IMG/VR virus record: IMGVR_UViG_3300046170_000323 | Source of the DNA: a virus | Taxonomy: Duplodnaviria > Caudoviricetes | Length of the DNA: 64,000 bases | Reading direction: 5' to 3' (one strand) | Shown here: in pieces, positions 10,489-20,187 of the stretch | How the letters are laid out: each line of letters starts with the position of its first letter | How positions within the stretch are numbered: the stretch's first letter is position 1 | The notes under the pieces: generated by a model | Told to the model about the DNA's origin: nothing | What the model saw: the letters and a program-made list of their open reading frames with translations, nothing else | Databases searched by the model: none | Program-made: the position numbers and the translations under genes

Positions 10489-12270
10489 TTAATTTCTCTC
10501 TAATAAATCCATGTGCATAAAACCACGTGAATTATAATGTTTAGTCCAATTGAATCCAGATGCAAGAGCATCCTTTTGGAATTGTGCCCTACTAACACCT
10601 GATGGGTAAACCACATCTACCGCATTACCTAACATGTGTTGAGATGAAAATGCAACTCCGTAGTTCCATCCTCTTCCCTTTACAAACGTGCCTTTGGATC
10701 TGCCCTCACGTTTGTATCTTTCTCTCAACCTATTCTGATACTGTTCACTTCTAAATCCACTATTCACTGTAAACTTTTTACCGACCTTCTTTTGCAATTT
10801 ATTCAAAGCGGCCTTTGTATCGGGAGACAGATCCGTCCAACCTCTTTGACCCATACCAGATGTAAACTTAAATCTTGGATGATTACCATCTTTGATTTCA
10901 TCCCACGTAGGAAAGTCGCCAACTTCTTTGGGTGTGGCAGCTGGTGGGTTGTTTGGCGGTTTACCTGTGGGTGTGTGATGTTTTGTTGGGTTTGATTCCA
11001 CAACACCTTCTCTAACACTCACAGTATCAGGCAGTTCTGGACGTGGTCTTGGTGTAGGTGTTACCTGATCGTCCTGTGTACCCGAAAGTAAATCGTTTAA
11101 TTGTTTATCTGATTCAAAATCTCCCAGTATCCTTTTAATTCCTGTGTTGTTCCCTCTATCGTCCAAATATGTGGTTTCAATCGGGCCTGTCCACTGTTTA
11201 ACTTGCTTATTTATTTGCTCTTTACGTTTCTCTGGTTCGATACGAACTGCACCTGCAGAAACCGCACGTGCAGTTGATAGTTTTGAGATTCTTTCTAGAC
11301 GACCAACAATGGTTTGATACTTGTATGCATAGTTGTCCATTGGTCTCTTAACATCTTTAATTAACGCTTCAATGTTTGAGGTCAATGCACAAAAACGTGC
11401 AATCAAGAATTGAATTTCTTCTAATGAGGGATTTGCAAAGAGACCCACTGCATAATCAAACAACGCCTTGATCTTGTCAGTGAGACCCTTCTTATTCTCG
11501 TCGTTAAGAATACTGGTCACTTCGTCTTTGATCTTTAGTGCCTTTTGAACTACATGCTGATCGATGTATGTTGCAATATCACCAATTGTTTGTTCTAAAT
11601 CAAAATTTTGTACTGCAGACTTTACACTCTCCCAAGTCTCTTCAACAACTGCAGTCATCTTTTCTTTGATTGCCTTTATAAGTGATGTAACTGTAACCTT
11701 TTCAATAATTGCTTTGATAGGATCTTCAAGGTTTTTTAGTTTAGTGAGGAATGATAATGCATCGTTAATCAAACCTGCAACGCTACCAATAATTGTAAAG
11801 AACCCACCAATCGCTGCAAATGCCTGAGGCATCATTTTACAGAACCCACCAAGAATACTTCCATTTGAATCTCTGTAGTAACTATTCAAATTAGGAAGAA
11901 CTGCACCACCACCTTTTTTAATTTTAGGTGGAGTGTAATTATAAGAACCAATAAAATCTGCATATTCAATTGCAGATATTGGCCCTGATTGATATCTTTG
12001 ATTTAATTCTGGATAATCGGATAACTGAGAACTATTCAAAAGTTTATTCAAGGATTCTAGTGAATTATAGAATTCATCCCCATACAACCCAACTGCAGTC
12101 TGCACAGGATCGAAAATAGAATCTTCTTGAATACCTTCAAGGAAATCATTCTTATATTGATCGACTGCATATATGTTTAATTCCCCATTGGGTTTCACAA
12201 TAGGGGCAGGAGTCAGTTTAGACCTTGTCTGTACTAATTGATTACTTAAGTCTATACACTTACTACTCAT
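10489..12270 (-). CDS. Baseplate-associated protein with C-terminal M15 (Zn D-Ala-D-Ala) peptidase domain
   Basis: C-terminal VNSGFRS...SQHMLGNAVDV...FMHMD (H-x6-D...H Zn ligands); helical N-terminal region; sits between gp5 and gp25. Confidence 0.75.
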   Translation of the reverse strand: MSSKCIDLSNQLVQTRSKLTPAPIVKPNGELNIYAVDQYKNDFLEGIQEDSIFDPVQTAVGLYGDEFYNSLESLNKLLNSSQLSDYPELNQRYQSGPISAIEYADFIGSYNYTPPKIKKGGGAVLPNLNSYYRDSNGSILGGFCKMMPQAFAAIGGFFTIIGSVAGLINDALSFLTKLKNLEDPIKAIIEKVTVTSLIKAIKEKMTAVVEETWESVKSAVQNFDLEQTIGDIATYIDQHVVQKALKIKDEVTSILNDENKKGLTDKIKALFDYAVGLFANPSLEEIQFLIARFCALTSNIEALIKDVKRPMDNYAYKYQTIVGRLERISKLSTARAVSAGAVRIEPEKRKEQINKQVKQWTGPIETTYLDDRGNNTGIKRILGDFESDKQLNDLLSGTQDDQVTPTPRPRPELPDTVSVREGVVESNPTKHHTPTGKPPNNPPAATPKEVGDFPTWDEIKDGNHPRFKFTSGMGQRGWTDLSPDTKAALNKLQKKVGKKFTVNSGFRSEQYQNRLRERYKREGRSKGTFVKGRGWNYGVAFSSQHMLGNAVDVVYPSGVSRAQFQKDALASGFNWTKHYNSRGFMHMDLLERN

Positions 12271-13676
12271 CGTGGGCCTCCGCCTGCGTCTTTAGAAGGA
12301 TCCGATGAGTCGTCAGTCGCCATCGTTCCTATACCGTTCATAGATGCAATTTCTCCATTTACAATCGATGTAGACTTCGCAGGTGGTTCAGGCATTTCTG
12401 TCTGATTTGCAACAACTGCATCAGTCGCTTCCGCTGGATCTACATCTTCACTTGAACCATTTGCAAGATCGATGATACCACCGACAGAATCTGCAAAGAT
12501 ATTATCACCCGCTTTCATTGATATATCTGCACCGCTTTGGAATCTAATTGTATCCGTACCTTTGAAGTTCATCCCAACATCGCCTTTTGCTTCTTGGAAT
12601 AAACCACCTTCACTTTCAAAACGAATAACTCCACCAGCTTTCATACTGTGGACTTGGGACTGTTGAGTAAACATTTTCTTAGACGATACGTTAATATCGA
12701 TATCAGATCTAATGTTAAGTTCTTTCTTTGCAAACAGTTCCATCGTAGACACGTTTGCATCTAACATTACATCTGCACCACGCATCTGTAACTGGTCACT
12801 TGCATTTACAAAGAACGATCCACCAACACCAAACTGCGCATTACCACGAACAATCATGTTGTAATCGCCTTCGATCTCTTCAGTCTTATTACCTTTCACA
12901 TAAACATATGCATCATTATCTATGGTAACTATACTAGGGCCTTTAATATAAACATGGTGTTGTCTATCATTTATTTCATATTTGTCACCAACAGACTTAT
13001 GAGTTGTCGTTCCCCTTGAGTCAATTTGGATGTAAGAACCTTCTTTATGTTTAACCATAATACGTTCTGCGCCTGGCGTATCGTCAAGTTCAATACTATG
13101 TGTCGCAGTCTCTATGACACGGTTATATGGATACTTTGTACCATATGCAGGGTTGGGTTCACTCCACGTTATTCTTTCGTCTTCAGGCACATCTGCCTGA
13201 CCTGCAATGTACACATCTTCAACACGGTTCATCTCTTGTTGTAGAACATACGTTTCTTCTAAGTTCTCACCACGTGCAAGTCGAGAGTTCTGTGGTTGAC
13301 CAAAATCTTTTGGTGCAGTTCCTCTTGCATTAATGTGACCATGAAACTGAGGATATACTCCCCACCCATTCTTCTCTGGATCGATTGGTTCCATGTACGG
13401 TGAAGGTATCAAACCAAGCAACATAGGGTGTTGTGCAGTTCTACCATCTAAGAACATTCCATAGACAAAAGAGTTCAAGGGTGGTGGCAGACCATTTGGA
13501 TCATAGTCACCCTTTACAACTGTTGCCCAAGGTAGATCTGGTGTGGGTACTTCTTTGTTGTCTCCATGTATAGAGAATGCACGAACCTGCACTCGTCCCT
13601 CTAGTTGAGGATCGATGTTGTTCTCCACTACTCCCACAAAAAATAGTGGGTTGGTTATACCAATACCTGATTCCAT
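12267..13676 (-). CDS. gp5: Baseplate hub/spike gp5 (OB-fold plus beta-helix, no lysozyme domain)
   Basis: FFVGVVENNIDPQLEGRVQVR, LPWA, YPYNRVIET..HSIELDDTPGAERI. Confidence 0.9.
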   Translation of the reverse strand: MESGIGITNPLFFVGVVENNIDPQLEGRVQVRAFSIHGDNKEVPTPDLPWATVVKGDYDPNGLPPPLNSFVYGMFLDGRTAQHPMLLGLIPSPYMEPIDPEKNGWGVYPQFHGHINARGTAPKDFGQPQNSRLARGENLEETYVLQQEMNRVEDVYIAGQADVPEDERITWSEPNPAYGTKYPYNRVIETATHSIELDDTPGAERIMVKHKEGSYIQIDSRGTTTHKSVGDKYEINDRQHHVYIKGPSIVTIDNDAYVYVKGNKTEEIEGDYNMIVRGNAQFGVGGSFFVNASDQLQMRGADVMLDANVSTMELFAKKELNIRSDIDINVSSKKMFTQQSQVHSMKAGGVIRFESEGGLFQEAKGDVGMNFKGTDTIRFQSGADISMKAGDNIFADSVGGIIDLANGSSEDVDPAEATDAVVANQTEMPEPPAKSTSIVNGEIASMNGIGTMATDDSSDPSKDAGGGPR

Positions 13677-15076
13677 TACGGTGCGACCTCCAATTCACGA
13701 AAATCCCCGCTCCAGTCGTACTTTGCGAGAACTATATTTGTATTCATAATATCATTTTTCAATTGATGACTTGTAGACAACACCAAATAATTACCAGACA
13801 ACTGTTGATTATATGGATCTTCTGGTGACTGTTCGATTGTAAACTTTGGAACCTTCACAGAAATCAACTTGCCAGGCGTAATATCTAATCTACCTACTAG
13901 ACTCGCTTGGACAACCGTTCTTCCAAGGTGTGCGCCATACACGGTTCTATTTACCAAGATCTCTTTGAAGTGTTGATCTGCACGTAACGTCTCACCATCT
14001 TCATCATAGTAATCTTTAAACACCAAGAAACGTCTTGCATTTTCTTCAGTGAATGTTTCATTAATAAATTCTTCTGTATGTGGACTTGTTCTGACCGTTG
14101 CTTTCTTACCAGACATATCAATGTAGTCTACATCTTTAACATAGTCGTAGTTAGTGACGTTAACTCTTCTTCTTGTAAAGTCCACTTCATACACTTTGTT
14201 TCGATATGCACCACCCACTAGATCACCCGCTGTATCAACACGTTGTCCCTGTGTGAATGAAGTAAGAGTGTTTGTCTGTATTTCTGTACCATCATTAGGA
14301 TCTTGACTGTTCATTGCATTGAATGCAAATACTTCTACATCCCTAGTGTTATCCATACCACGTTTAACAAGAAACTCATCAGTCACATAGAAAAAACCAT
14401 TGATAGTTTCAAAGAATCGATATGAACATGAAGGCGAGTTTTTACTGAAAGATCTCTGAGAAAGAAAGTTCATTGCATCACTAGGTGTCAAAGACGGCAT
14501 CACCGCTCGCATTCTGCCTTCTGATGGTTGTAAGTAGAAGTGTCTTCCTTTTGAGTTTCGAATCTCAAACTTTTTGGCATCGAAAGGAAGTTCTTCTCTT
14601 CTTTTGATCGTGGATGAACCAGAGGCAGATAACTTCGAATAGTATTTTTGAAATACCGTTCGTGCACACTCAGATGCTTTGATGTCTTTGAATGACTCAC
14701 GCACCCTTCTCTTACCAGCTTCGTAACTTAGTTTTGAAATGAAATTAAGTTGAAAGGCCAAACCTGTCAAGTTTTCTGTGGGAACAACATCAGTGACTGA
14801 TAACACATGACATTTAAGTTCGATTGGTTCTTCCAACTTTAAATCATATGTTTCTAACGTCAGTGTTAAGGTTTCCTCACCTCTTAATTTAAAAGTATTA
14901 TTTTCCAACATGCCTGTGGAGTCGACACACTTGATCATCCCCGACCACGAATCCGAATTGATACTCTGACTCAATTCAAACTGAGTAGTAATACCACTAA
15001 GGTCAAGGAGTTGATCCCCATTAAAGGATTCAATCTCCACCTTTGCGATTGCATATGAGGGGTTAAAGTCTGCCAT
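13676..15076 (-). CDS. Baseplate hub protein (gp27/phage protein D-like)
   Basis: Position next to gp5; YRFFETINGFFY, PGKLISV, LSGNYLVLSTSHQL motifs. Confidence 0.65.
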   Translation of the reverse strand: MADFNPSYAIAKVEIESFNGDQLLDLSGITTQFELSQSINSDSWSGMIKCVDSTGMLENNTFKLRGEETLTLTLETYDLKLEEPIELKCHVLSVTDVVPTENLTGLAFQLNFISKLSYEAGKRRVRESFKDIKASECARTVFQKYYSKLSASGSSTIKRREELPFDAKKFEIRNSKGRHFYLQPSEGRMRAVMPSLTPSDAMNFLSQRSFSKNSPSCSYRFFETINGFFYVTDEFLVKRGMDNTRDVEVFAFNAMNSQDPNDGTEIQTNTLTSFTQGQRVDTAGDLVGGAYRNKVYEVDFTRRRVNVTNYDYVKDVDYIDMSGKKATVRTSPHTEEFINETFTEENARRFLVFKDYYDEDGETLRADQHFKEILVNRTVYGAHLGRTVVQASLVGRLDITPGKLISVKVPKFTIEQSPEDPYNQQLSGNYLVLSTSHQLKNDIMNTNIVLAKYDWSGDFRELEVAP

Positions 15077-15339
15077 TAGGTTTCGTCAGCACGTATAGTT
15101 TCTTTGAACTCTCTCGTAATCTGAGGGAGAAATCTGTTATCAAAAAGAAATATTTCTTTCTTGGATTCGTTTCTGTCTTTTTCGTAATCGTAGATACGGT
15201 ATTCAATCCATTCTTCTGGAATGATACGTTTAATAATGATCTTACGACCCTGTTCTGTTAGGAGAATAACTCTGTCTTCTCTACGCAAGTAAATCGTTCT
15301 GAACGATTCTGGTGCAAGAATTACCTGATCAACTGCCAT
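15076..15339 (-). CDS. gp53 C-terminal-like small protein
   Basis: In frame with upstream gp53; IYDYEKDRNESKKEIFLFDNRFLPQITREF resembles gp53 C-terminus. Confidence 0.6.
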   Translation of the reverse strand: MAVDQVILAPESFRTIYLRREDRVILLTEQGRKIIIKRIIPEEWIEYRIYDYEKDRNESKKEIFLFDNRFLPQITREFKETIRADET

Positions 15340-15342
15340 CTG

Positions 15343-15720
15343 TTATACCTCTTTATAATAATAAACGATATTATCAGTGATAGTATCATCTTTAGTCCAG
15401 TCAACAACATCGTCGCCTGTTTCACCAGATAGTTCTTCATACTTGGCGATAAGATAGTTATTAAAGGTTTCTTCGTCCATTGGCCATTCATAGTACGGAT
15501 CAACAATTTGATTCGCCATGTACACCAACCAACTATAATCTACAGAACCATAATAGAACTGCGCAATATCTTCTGCACGTTCATTTTGTTTTACTGTATA
15601 TGGAAGAAACAACATTGGGTTAGTCGTGAGCGTTTTGACGAGTTGATTACGTCTTGTGATGTCACGCATAACTTTACCGTTGTATTCAACGATTGGAAAG
15701 TTTTCAAAATATTTTGCCAT
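15343..15720 (-). CDS. gp53: Baseplate wedge subunit gp53 (LysM-like)
   Basis: YFENFP, ERAEDIAQFYYGSVDYSWLVYMANQIVDPYYEWP. Confidence 0.9.
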   Translation of the reverse strand: MAKYFENFPIVEYNGKVMRDITRRNQLVKTLTTNPMLFLPYTVKQNERAEDIAQFYYGSVDYSWLVYMANQIVDPYYEWPMDEETFNNYLIAKYEELSGETGDDVVDWTKDDTITDNIVYYYKEV

Positions 15721-15735
15721 GTCTTTACCTTTTGT

Positions 15736-16836
15736 TTAGAAACTATCAGGCAACTGATTCGCTTGTGCATTGATTGCTGCACGATCAAGACTTTGATCTA
15801 CATCTTCTCTTGTGTGTGCAGACAATTCTGAGAATTCCATATTCAATGTTACAGAACCAGGCGCACCACCCTGCATGATAGGAACAGTACCTGCTGCATT
15901 TTCATAACTTACGTTTACTGCTTTAATCATACATGGTTTGAATTTAGGAAAGTACTGGTTGTTAGTTCCGATTAGTTTAATTTCTACGATAGATGGATAC
16001 TTCAAGAATGTACGTTCAAATACGCCTGGCACAAGATCCTTAACTTCTGGTAGGGCATTACGTTTACATGTCTTGATAATCTGATCGATTGTTTGTGTTT
16101 CAGTTGCATTAGAAGGATAGAGTTCCCATGAAAAACTATAGTTCTTCATATCAACACCTTCAAACGCAAGTGCTTCTTTAGGGTTGACAACATTACCTTG
16201 GACGAGATCAATAGTTCTTGCAACGTCTCCACCAAGTTTACTAACTACACCTCTCATTAAGTATGCAGCCGCAGATGTTGCCGCTTCACCTTCGATACCT
16301 GCTACTTTACCTAATACATTACTTACTGCATTGGTGAAAGTACCCATTGCATTTTTACGACCTTCCGCAGTCGCCATACTAGCCCCCGCCGATTGTATCG
16401 CACCTGCAATATCGCCTGCGGCGCCTGCGAGTCCTGATCCTATTGATCCCAGAGTTCCATCACCTATACCACCACCTGTACCTTTGTATATCGCATTGGT
16501 AACCGCTTCAGTGATTGCTTCTCTTTCAAATGCATTGAGTCTCACGGATGTATTGTCTTGTAACTGTTTTGGAAAAGGCAACTCGACAGAACCAAAAGAA
16601 CTAATGGACGTACTAATTGCTCGGTTTCGATCTGCAATAGATCTACCGACTCCACGTTGTCGTGTCTCAAAATATGATGCATTATTGTTTTGTCTTGTAT
16701 ACCCACTATAGTCGTATTCCTTGAAAACGAACATGATAGAATGTGCCGTTTTATTTTCTGGAAACGAGAATAGAGTAGGGTTACGTCTGTACGCATCTTT
16801 AAGACGTGCAACCTCTGGTCTGTAACTTCCTGCCAT
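15736..16836 (-). CDS. gp48: Baseplate tail-tube cap gp48
   Basis: NPKEALAFEGVDMKNYSFSWELYPSNATE, YPSIVEI, FKPCMIKAVNVSY. Confidence 0.85.
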   Translation of the reverse strand: MAGSYRPEVARLKDAYRRNPTLFSFPENKTAHSIMFVFKEYDYSGYTRQNNNASYFETRQRGVGRSIADRNRAISTSISSFGSVELPFPKQLQDNTSVRLNAFEREAITEAVTNAIYKGTGGGIGDGTLGSIGSGLAGAAGDIAGAIQSAGASMATAEGRKNAMGTFTNAVSNVLGKVAGIEGEAATSAAAYLMRGVVSKLGGDVARTIDLVQGNVVNPKEALAFEGVDMKNYSFSWELYPSNATETQTIDQIIKTCKRNALPEVKDLVPGVFERTFLKYPSIVEIKLIGTNNQYFPKFKPCMIKAVNVSYENAAGTVPIMQGGAPGSVTLNMEFSELSAHTREDVDQSLDRAAINAQANQLPDSF

Positions 16837-16849
16837 TTTGTTTAAACCT

Positions 16850-16878
16850 TATAAATACACTGTGTAAACCTATTTATA
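16850..16878. promoter_or_regulatory. Divergent pair of T4-type late promoters
   Basis: TATAAATA at 16850-16857 (+, upstream of gp4) and TATTTATA at 16871-16878 (-, upstream of gp48). Confidence 0.8.
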
Positions 16879-16898
16879 ACCAAAATGTGAAATTGAAA

Positions 16899-17360
16899 AT
16901 GGCATATAGTGGAAGATTCCGCCCGAAGAACCCTAGCAAGTACAAAGGCGACCCATCTAAGATTATTTATCGTAGTATGTGGGAAGTAAAATTCTTTAAG
17001 TGGTGTGACGAACATCCTGATACAATTTGGTGGCAATCTGAGGAATTGATGGTTCCTTACATGTCTCCATTAGACAATAAGATGCATCGATACTTTCCAG
17101 ATGTAATTGTAAAAATGAAACAACGTGAGGGTGCACCAAAGACGATCATGGTTGAAATAAAACCATACAAACAAACGAGACCACCAGATCCAAGGAAAAA
17201 GAATGCAACCCCTACTGGACGTGTCTCTCGTAGATATCTTAACGAGGTTAAGACTTGGGGTGTAAATGATGCGAAGTGGAAGGCAGCGAGAAGGTTCTGC
17301 CACCAACGTGGATGGGAATTTGTAATAATGACGGAGAAAGAACTCAACATCAAGTATTAG
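16899..17360 (+). CDS. gp4: Head completion nuclease gp4
   Basis: MAYSGRFRPKNPSKYKGDP, YRSMWE, WQSEE, HRYFPD, VEIKP. Confidence 0.95.
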   Translation: MAYSGRFRPKNPSKYKGDPSKIIYRSMWEVKFFKWCDEHPDTIWWQSEELMVPYMSPLDNKMHRYFPDVIVKMKQREGAPKTIMVEIKPYKQTRPPDPRKKNATPTGRVSRRYLNEVKTWGVNDAKWKAARRFCHQRGWEFVIMTEKELNIKY

Positions 17361-17368
17361 GAACGACC

Positions 17369-17791
17369 ATGAACAGGTGGCCAAGGTACACACTATATGA
17401 CGATAACGATAAAGTTGTGTTAATTACCACATACAAAGAAATATATAATGAATACAAGAAAAGAAACGCAAAGGCAGAAGACATGATCAGATTAACAAAG
17501 TTTATCGACGAGGGAGTCAAATTAAAACTCATTCGTGGAAAAGATCAGGATGTTCTGAAGATGTGGAACAAGGGAGATCGTAAGTGGGTTGAACTGAGAG
17601 GAAAGCCTGGATTCGAAAGAAAGTACGATCCAAAGGATCCACTCCATCGTGCAATTACTGCCTTAGGAAAATCCGCAAGTATATCAGACTTTGTGAATGG
17701 TACTGAGGTTAGTATAAACCCGAAACACCCAGATGGCAAGCGTGCATTAGATACAATAAAGAAATTAATGGACGAACATGCAATCAGATAA
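17369..17791 (+). CDS. Hypothetical protein
   Basis: Open frame between gp4 and gp2 with phage-like composition. Confidence 0.55.
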   Translation: MNRWPRYTLYDDNDKVVLITTYKEIYNEYKKRNAKAEDMIRLTKFIDEGVKLKLIRGKDQDVLKMWNKGDRKWVELRGKPGFERKYDPKDPLHRAITALGKSASISDFVNGTEVSINPKHPDGKRALDTIKKLMDEHAIR

Positions 17792-17897
17792 ACCCATTTG
17801 CACAACCTGTGGACACCCATGTCATCGTGGTAAAGATTGTCCCGATTGTATAAATGACGTTTGTTTTAAATGTAAATGTAAAGACTGTAAGGACTAG
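17778..17897 (+). CDS. 39-aa Cys/His-rich metallothionein-like peptide
   Basis: Manual translation MQSDKPICTTCGHPCHRGKDCPDCINDVCFKCKCKDCKD*; fills the gap up to the gp2 start. Confidence 0.65.
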   Translation: MQSDKPICTTCGHPCHRGKDCPDCINDVCFKCKCKDCKD

Positions 17898-17899
17898 AA

Positions 17900-18508
17900 A
17901 TGGCAGCATCATTATTTAATGATATACTTTTAAGAGGTATTCGTTCGGGACAAGTGCCTGCACGTACTGATGCCGCACGTAAGTGGTACAGAGATACTGC
18001 GCAGAAGTCTGTTAAGAATGGCCCGATAAATGCAGGTAGAGTAGAACGTGAATTAAAAGACAGAGGTGCAAACACATCTGCAGTAGGTAATATGTACTTC
18101 TTTGCGTATGAGGCAAAACATGCAAAGACATTACCTTACTACGATAAGTTCCCTCTGATATTCCCAATTGGCCCTGCACCAAAAGGATTCATGGGCATTA
18201 ACATGCACTATTTACCACCTATTTTACGTGCAAAGTTAATGGATGGTCTTTACGACACCATTACAAACGATAAGTATGATACGAGTACAAAATTAGATTT
18301 ATCATATAAACTTTTAAACAGTGCGTCTAAGTTCAGAGAATTTAAACCCACTATCAAACACTATCTGACTGCTCAGACAAGATCAAGGTTTTTTTATGTT
18401 AATCCTGTGGAGTGGGACATTGCATTGTTCCTACCAACTGCGAACTTCGTTGGTGCAAGTAAAAACAAAGTATACGCTGATAGTCGTAAAATCATAAGGA
18501 ACGGATAA
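17900..18508 (+). CDS. gp2: DNA end protector gp2
   Basis: YFFAYEAKHAKTLPYYDKFPLIFPI, GINMHYLPP, KPTIKHYL. Confidence 0.95.
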   Translation: MAASLFNDILLRGIRSGQVPARTDAARKWYRDTAQKSVKNGPINAGRVERELKDRGANTSAVGNMYFFAYEAKHAKTLPYYDKFPLIFPIGPAPKGFMGINMHYLPPILRAKLMDGLYDTITNDKYDTSTKLDLSYKLLNSASKFREFKPTIKHYLTAQTRSRFFYVNPVEWDIALFLPTANFVGASKNKVYADSRKIIRNG

Positions 18509-19288
18509 TGGCATTTCGCATATCGGAATTCAAATCAACATTTGATCAGTTTGGTGGCCCTGCACATGCGAACTTGTTTCAAGTTACTATAACAGGTTAC
18601 CCAAACAATGTCAACTCATTGTTGGGATCAAAAGAACTCACGTTCTTCTGTAAGACGGCACAGATCCCCTCTGTAAGTCTTAATGTTGCGAACTACGAGG
18701 CAGTTGCAAGTCTCCCTAAACAGTTCCCTATGTCTGTTCAGAATACACAAATCAATACAATTTTTATGATTGATAGTGATCATGAGATATTGAAGTTCTT
18801 CCACTCTTGGATGCAGAATGTAATCAATATCGGAACTGCAGGTGGCAACCTGTCTGAAGACAATGGTAAACTTCCGTATGAGATTGGATACAAAGATGAG
18901 TATTCATGTCGTCTAAGTATACGTCACTTCTCAACGGATCACGATCCAAGTAGATTCTATGAAGTCATACTAGACAAAGCATGGCCTTCTCAGATTGGTG
19001 ATCTGGATATGGCATGGGAAACAAACGATCAGTTCCTCACACTTCCAGTTGCATTTTCATATGATAGAATCGAATACTCTGGTTTGAGGACCAGGCTCAC
19101 CAACATCAAGACTAGGACGTGGTTCTGGTTTCTTTGATATCCTTGGTGCAGTTGCAGGTTTTGCTGGAGTGGTACAACAAACCGTTAATCAAGGGTTTTC
19201 TAATGTATCAAGTATACAAGATGCTGTGAACAGGTTCCAGCGTGTTAATAATTCCTTCGACAATTTGAGTCGGAGTATAGGTCTATAG
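18508..19288 (+). CDS. gp54: Tail-tube initiator gp54/gp19-like (rejoined across indel near 19088)
   Basis: ANLFQVTI, LTFFCKTAQIP, FFHSWMQ, AWPSQIGDLDMAWE; shifted frame continues GPGSPTSRLGRG...to TAG 19288. Confidence 0.75.
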
Positions 19289-19303
19289 TAAGGAGAATAT
19301 ATT

Positions 19304-20005
19304 ATGGCTTTACCTAAAATTGATCTACCACTTTTTGAATTGAAACTTCCTTCAACTGGTAGAAAAGTAAAATACAGACCGTTTACGGTCAAAGAAGAAA
19401 AGATTCTTTTGGTTGCACAAGAGTCAAATGACCGTGAACAAGAACTACTAGCGGCAAAACAAATTGTGAATAACTGTCTGGTTAAAACAGATATTTCTAA
19501 ACTCGCAATGTTTGATTTGGAATATGTACTTCTTGTGCTACGTTCAAGATCTGTAGATAACGCAATTAAGTTTACTATCGGAGATCCTGATACAAAAGAG
19601 AGAGTTGAGATGGAAATCAACATTGACGATGTTAAAATTGTCAAGGATAAAGAACATTCCAAACGTGTAAGAATTAATGATGAATATACTTTGTTTTTAA
19701 AGTATCCTACCATCGATCAGTTCACACAAATCATCACAATGGATGCAACTGACCCTCTTGTAAACTATTACATTATGACATCTTCGCTGGATCAAATTGC
19801 ATCTGAAGAAGAAACGCACAAGTTCTCTGACTATTCGCAAGAAGAGGTTGATGACTTTATGAACGATATGACGGCAGATGTGATGAAAGAAATTCAAAAG
19901 TTCTTTGAAACAATGCCTAAACTTCGTCATGAAATGAAGTATACCAATAGTGAAGGTACTGAAAAGACATTTGTAATAGAAGGAATGAGATCTTTTTTCG
20001 CCTAG
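19304..20005 (+). CDS. gp26: Baseplate hub assembly protein gp26
   Basis: MALPKIDLP, KVKYRPFTVKEEKILL, FDLEYVLL..RSRSV, KFFETMPKL. Confidence 0.95.
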   Translation: MALPKIDLPLFELKLPSTGRKVKYRPFTVKEEKILLVAQESNDREQELLAAKQIVNNCLVKTDISKLAMFDLEYVLLVLRSRSVDNAIKFTIGDPDTKERVEMEINIDDVKIVKDKEHSKRVRINDEYTLFLKYPTIDQFTQIITMDATDPLVNYYIMTSSLDQIASEEETHKFSDYSQEEVDDFMNDMTADVMKEIQKFFETMPKLRHEMKYTNSEGTEKTFVIEGMRSFFA

Positions 20006-20187
20006 TGCTGTGTCACATGAGTCTGAAAGAATATTATCAAATAGTCTTTTCATTGGTGCAGCATCATAAATACTCAATATCAGACGTAGAAAATTTATTA
20101 CCTTATGAACGTGACCTTTATTTTGCGATGTTAGTACAGTTTTTAGAAAAACAAAAAGAAGAACAACGAATGCAGTCGGGAAAGTAA
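20005..20187 (+). CDS. gp51: Baseplate hub assembly catalyst gp51
   Basis: YYQIVFSLVQHHKYSISDVENLLPYERDLY. Confidence 0.9.
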   Translation: MLCHMSLKEYYQIVFSLVQHHKYSISDVENLLPYERDLYFAMLVQFLEKQKEEQRMQSGK

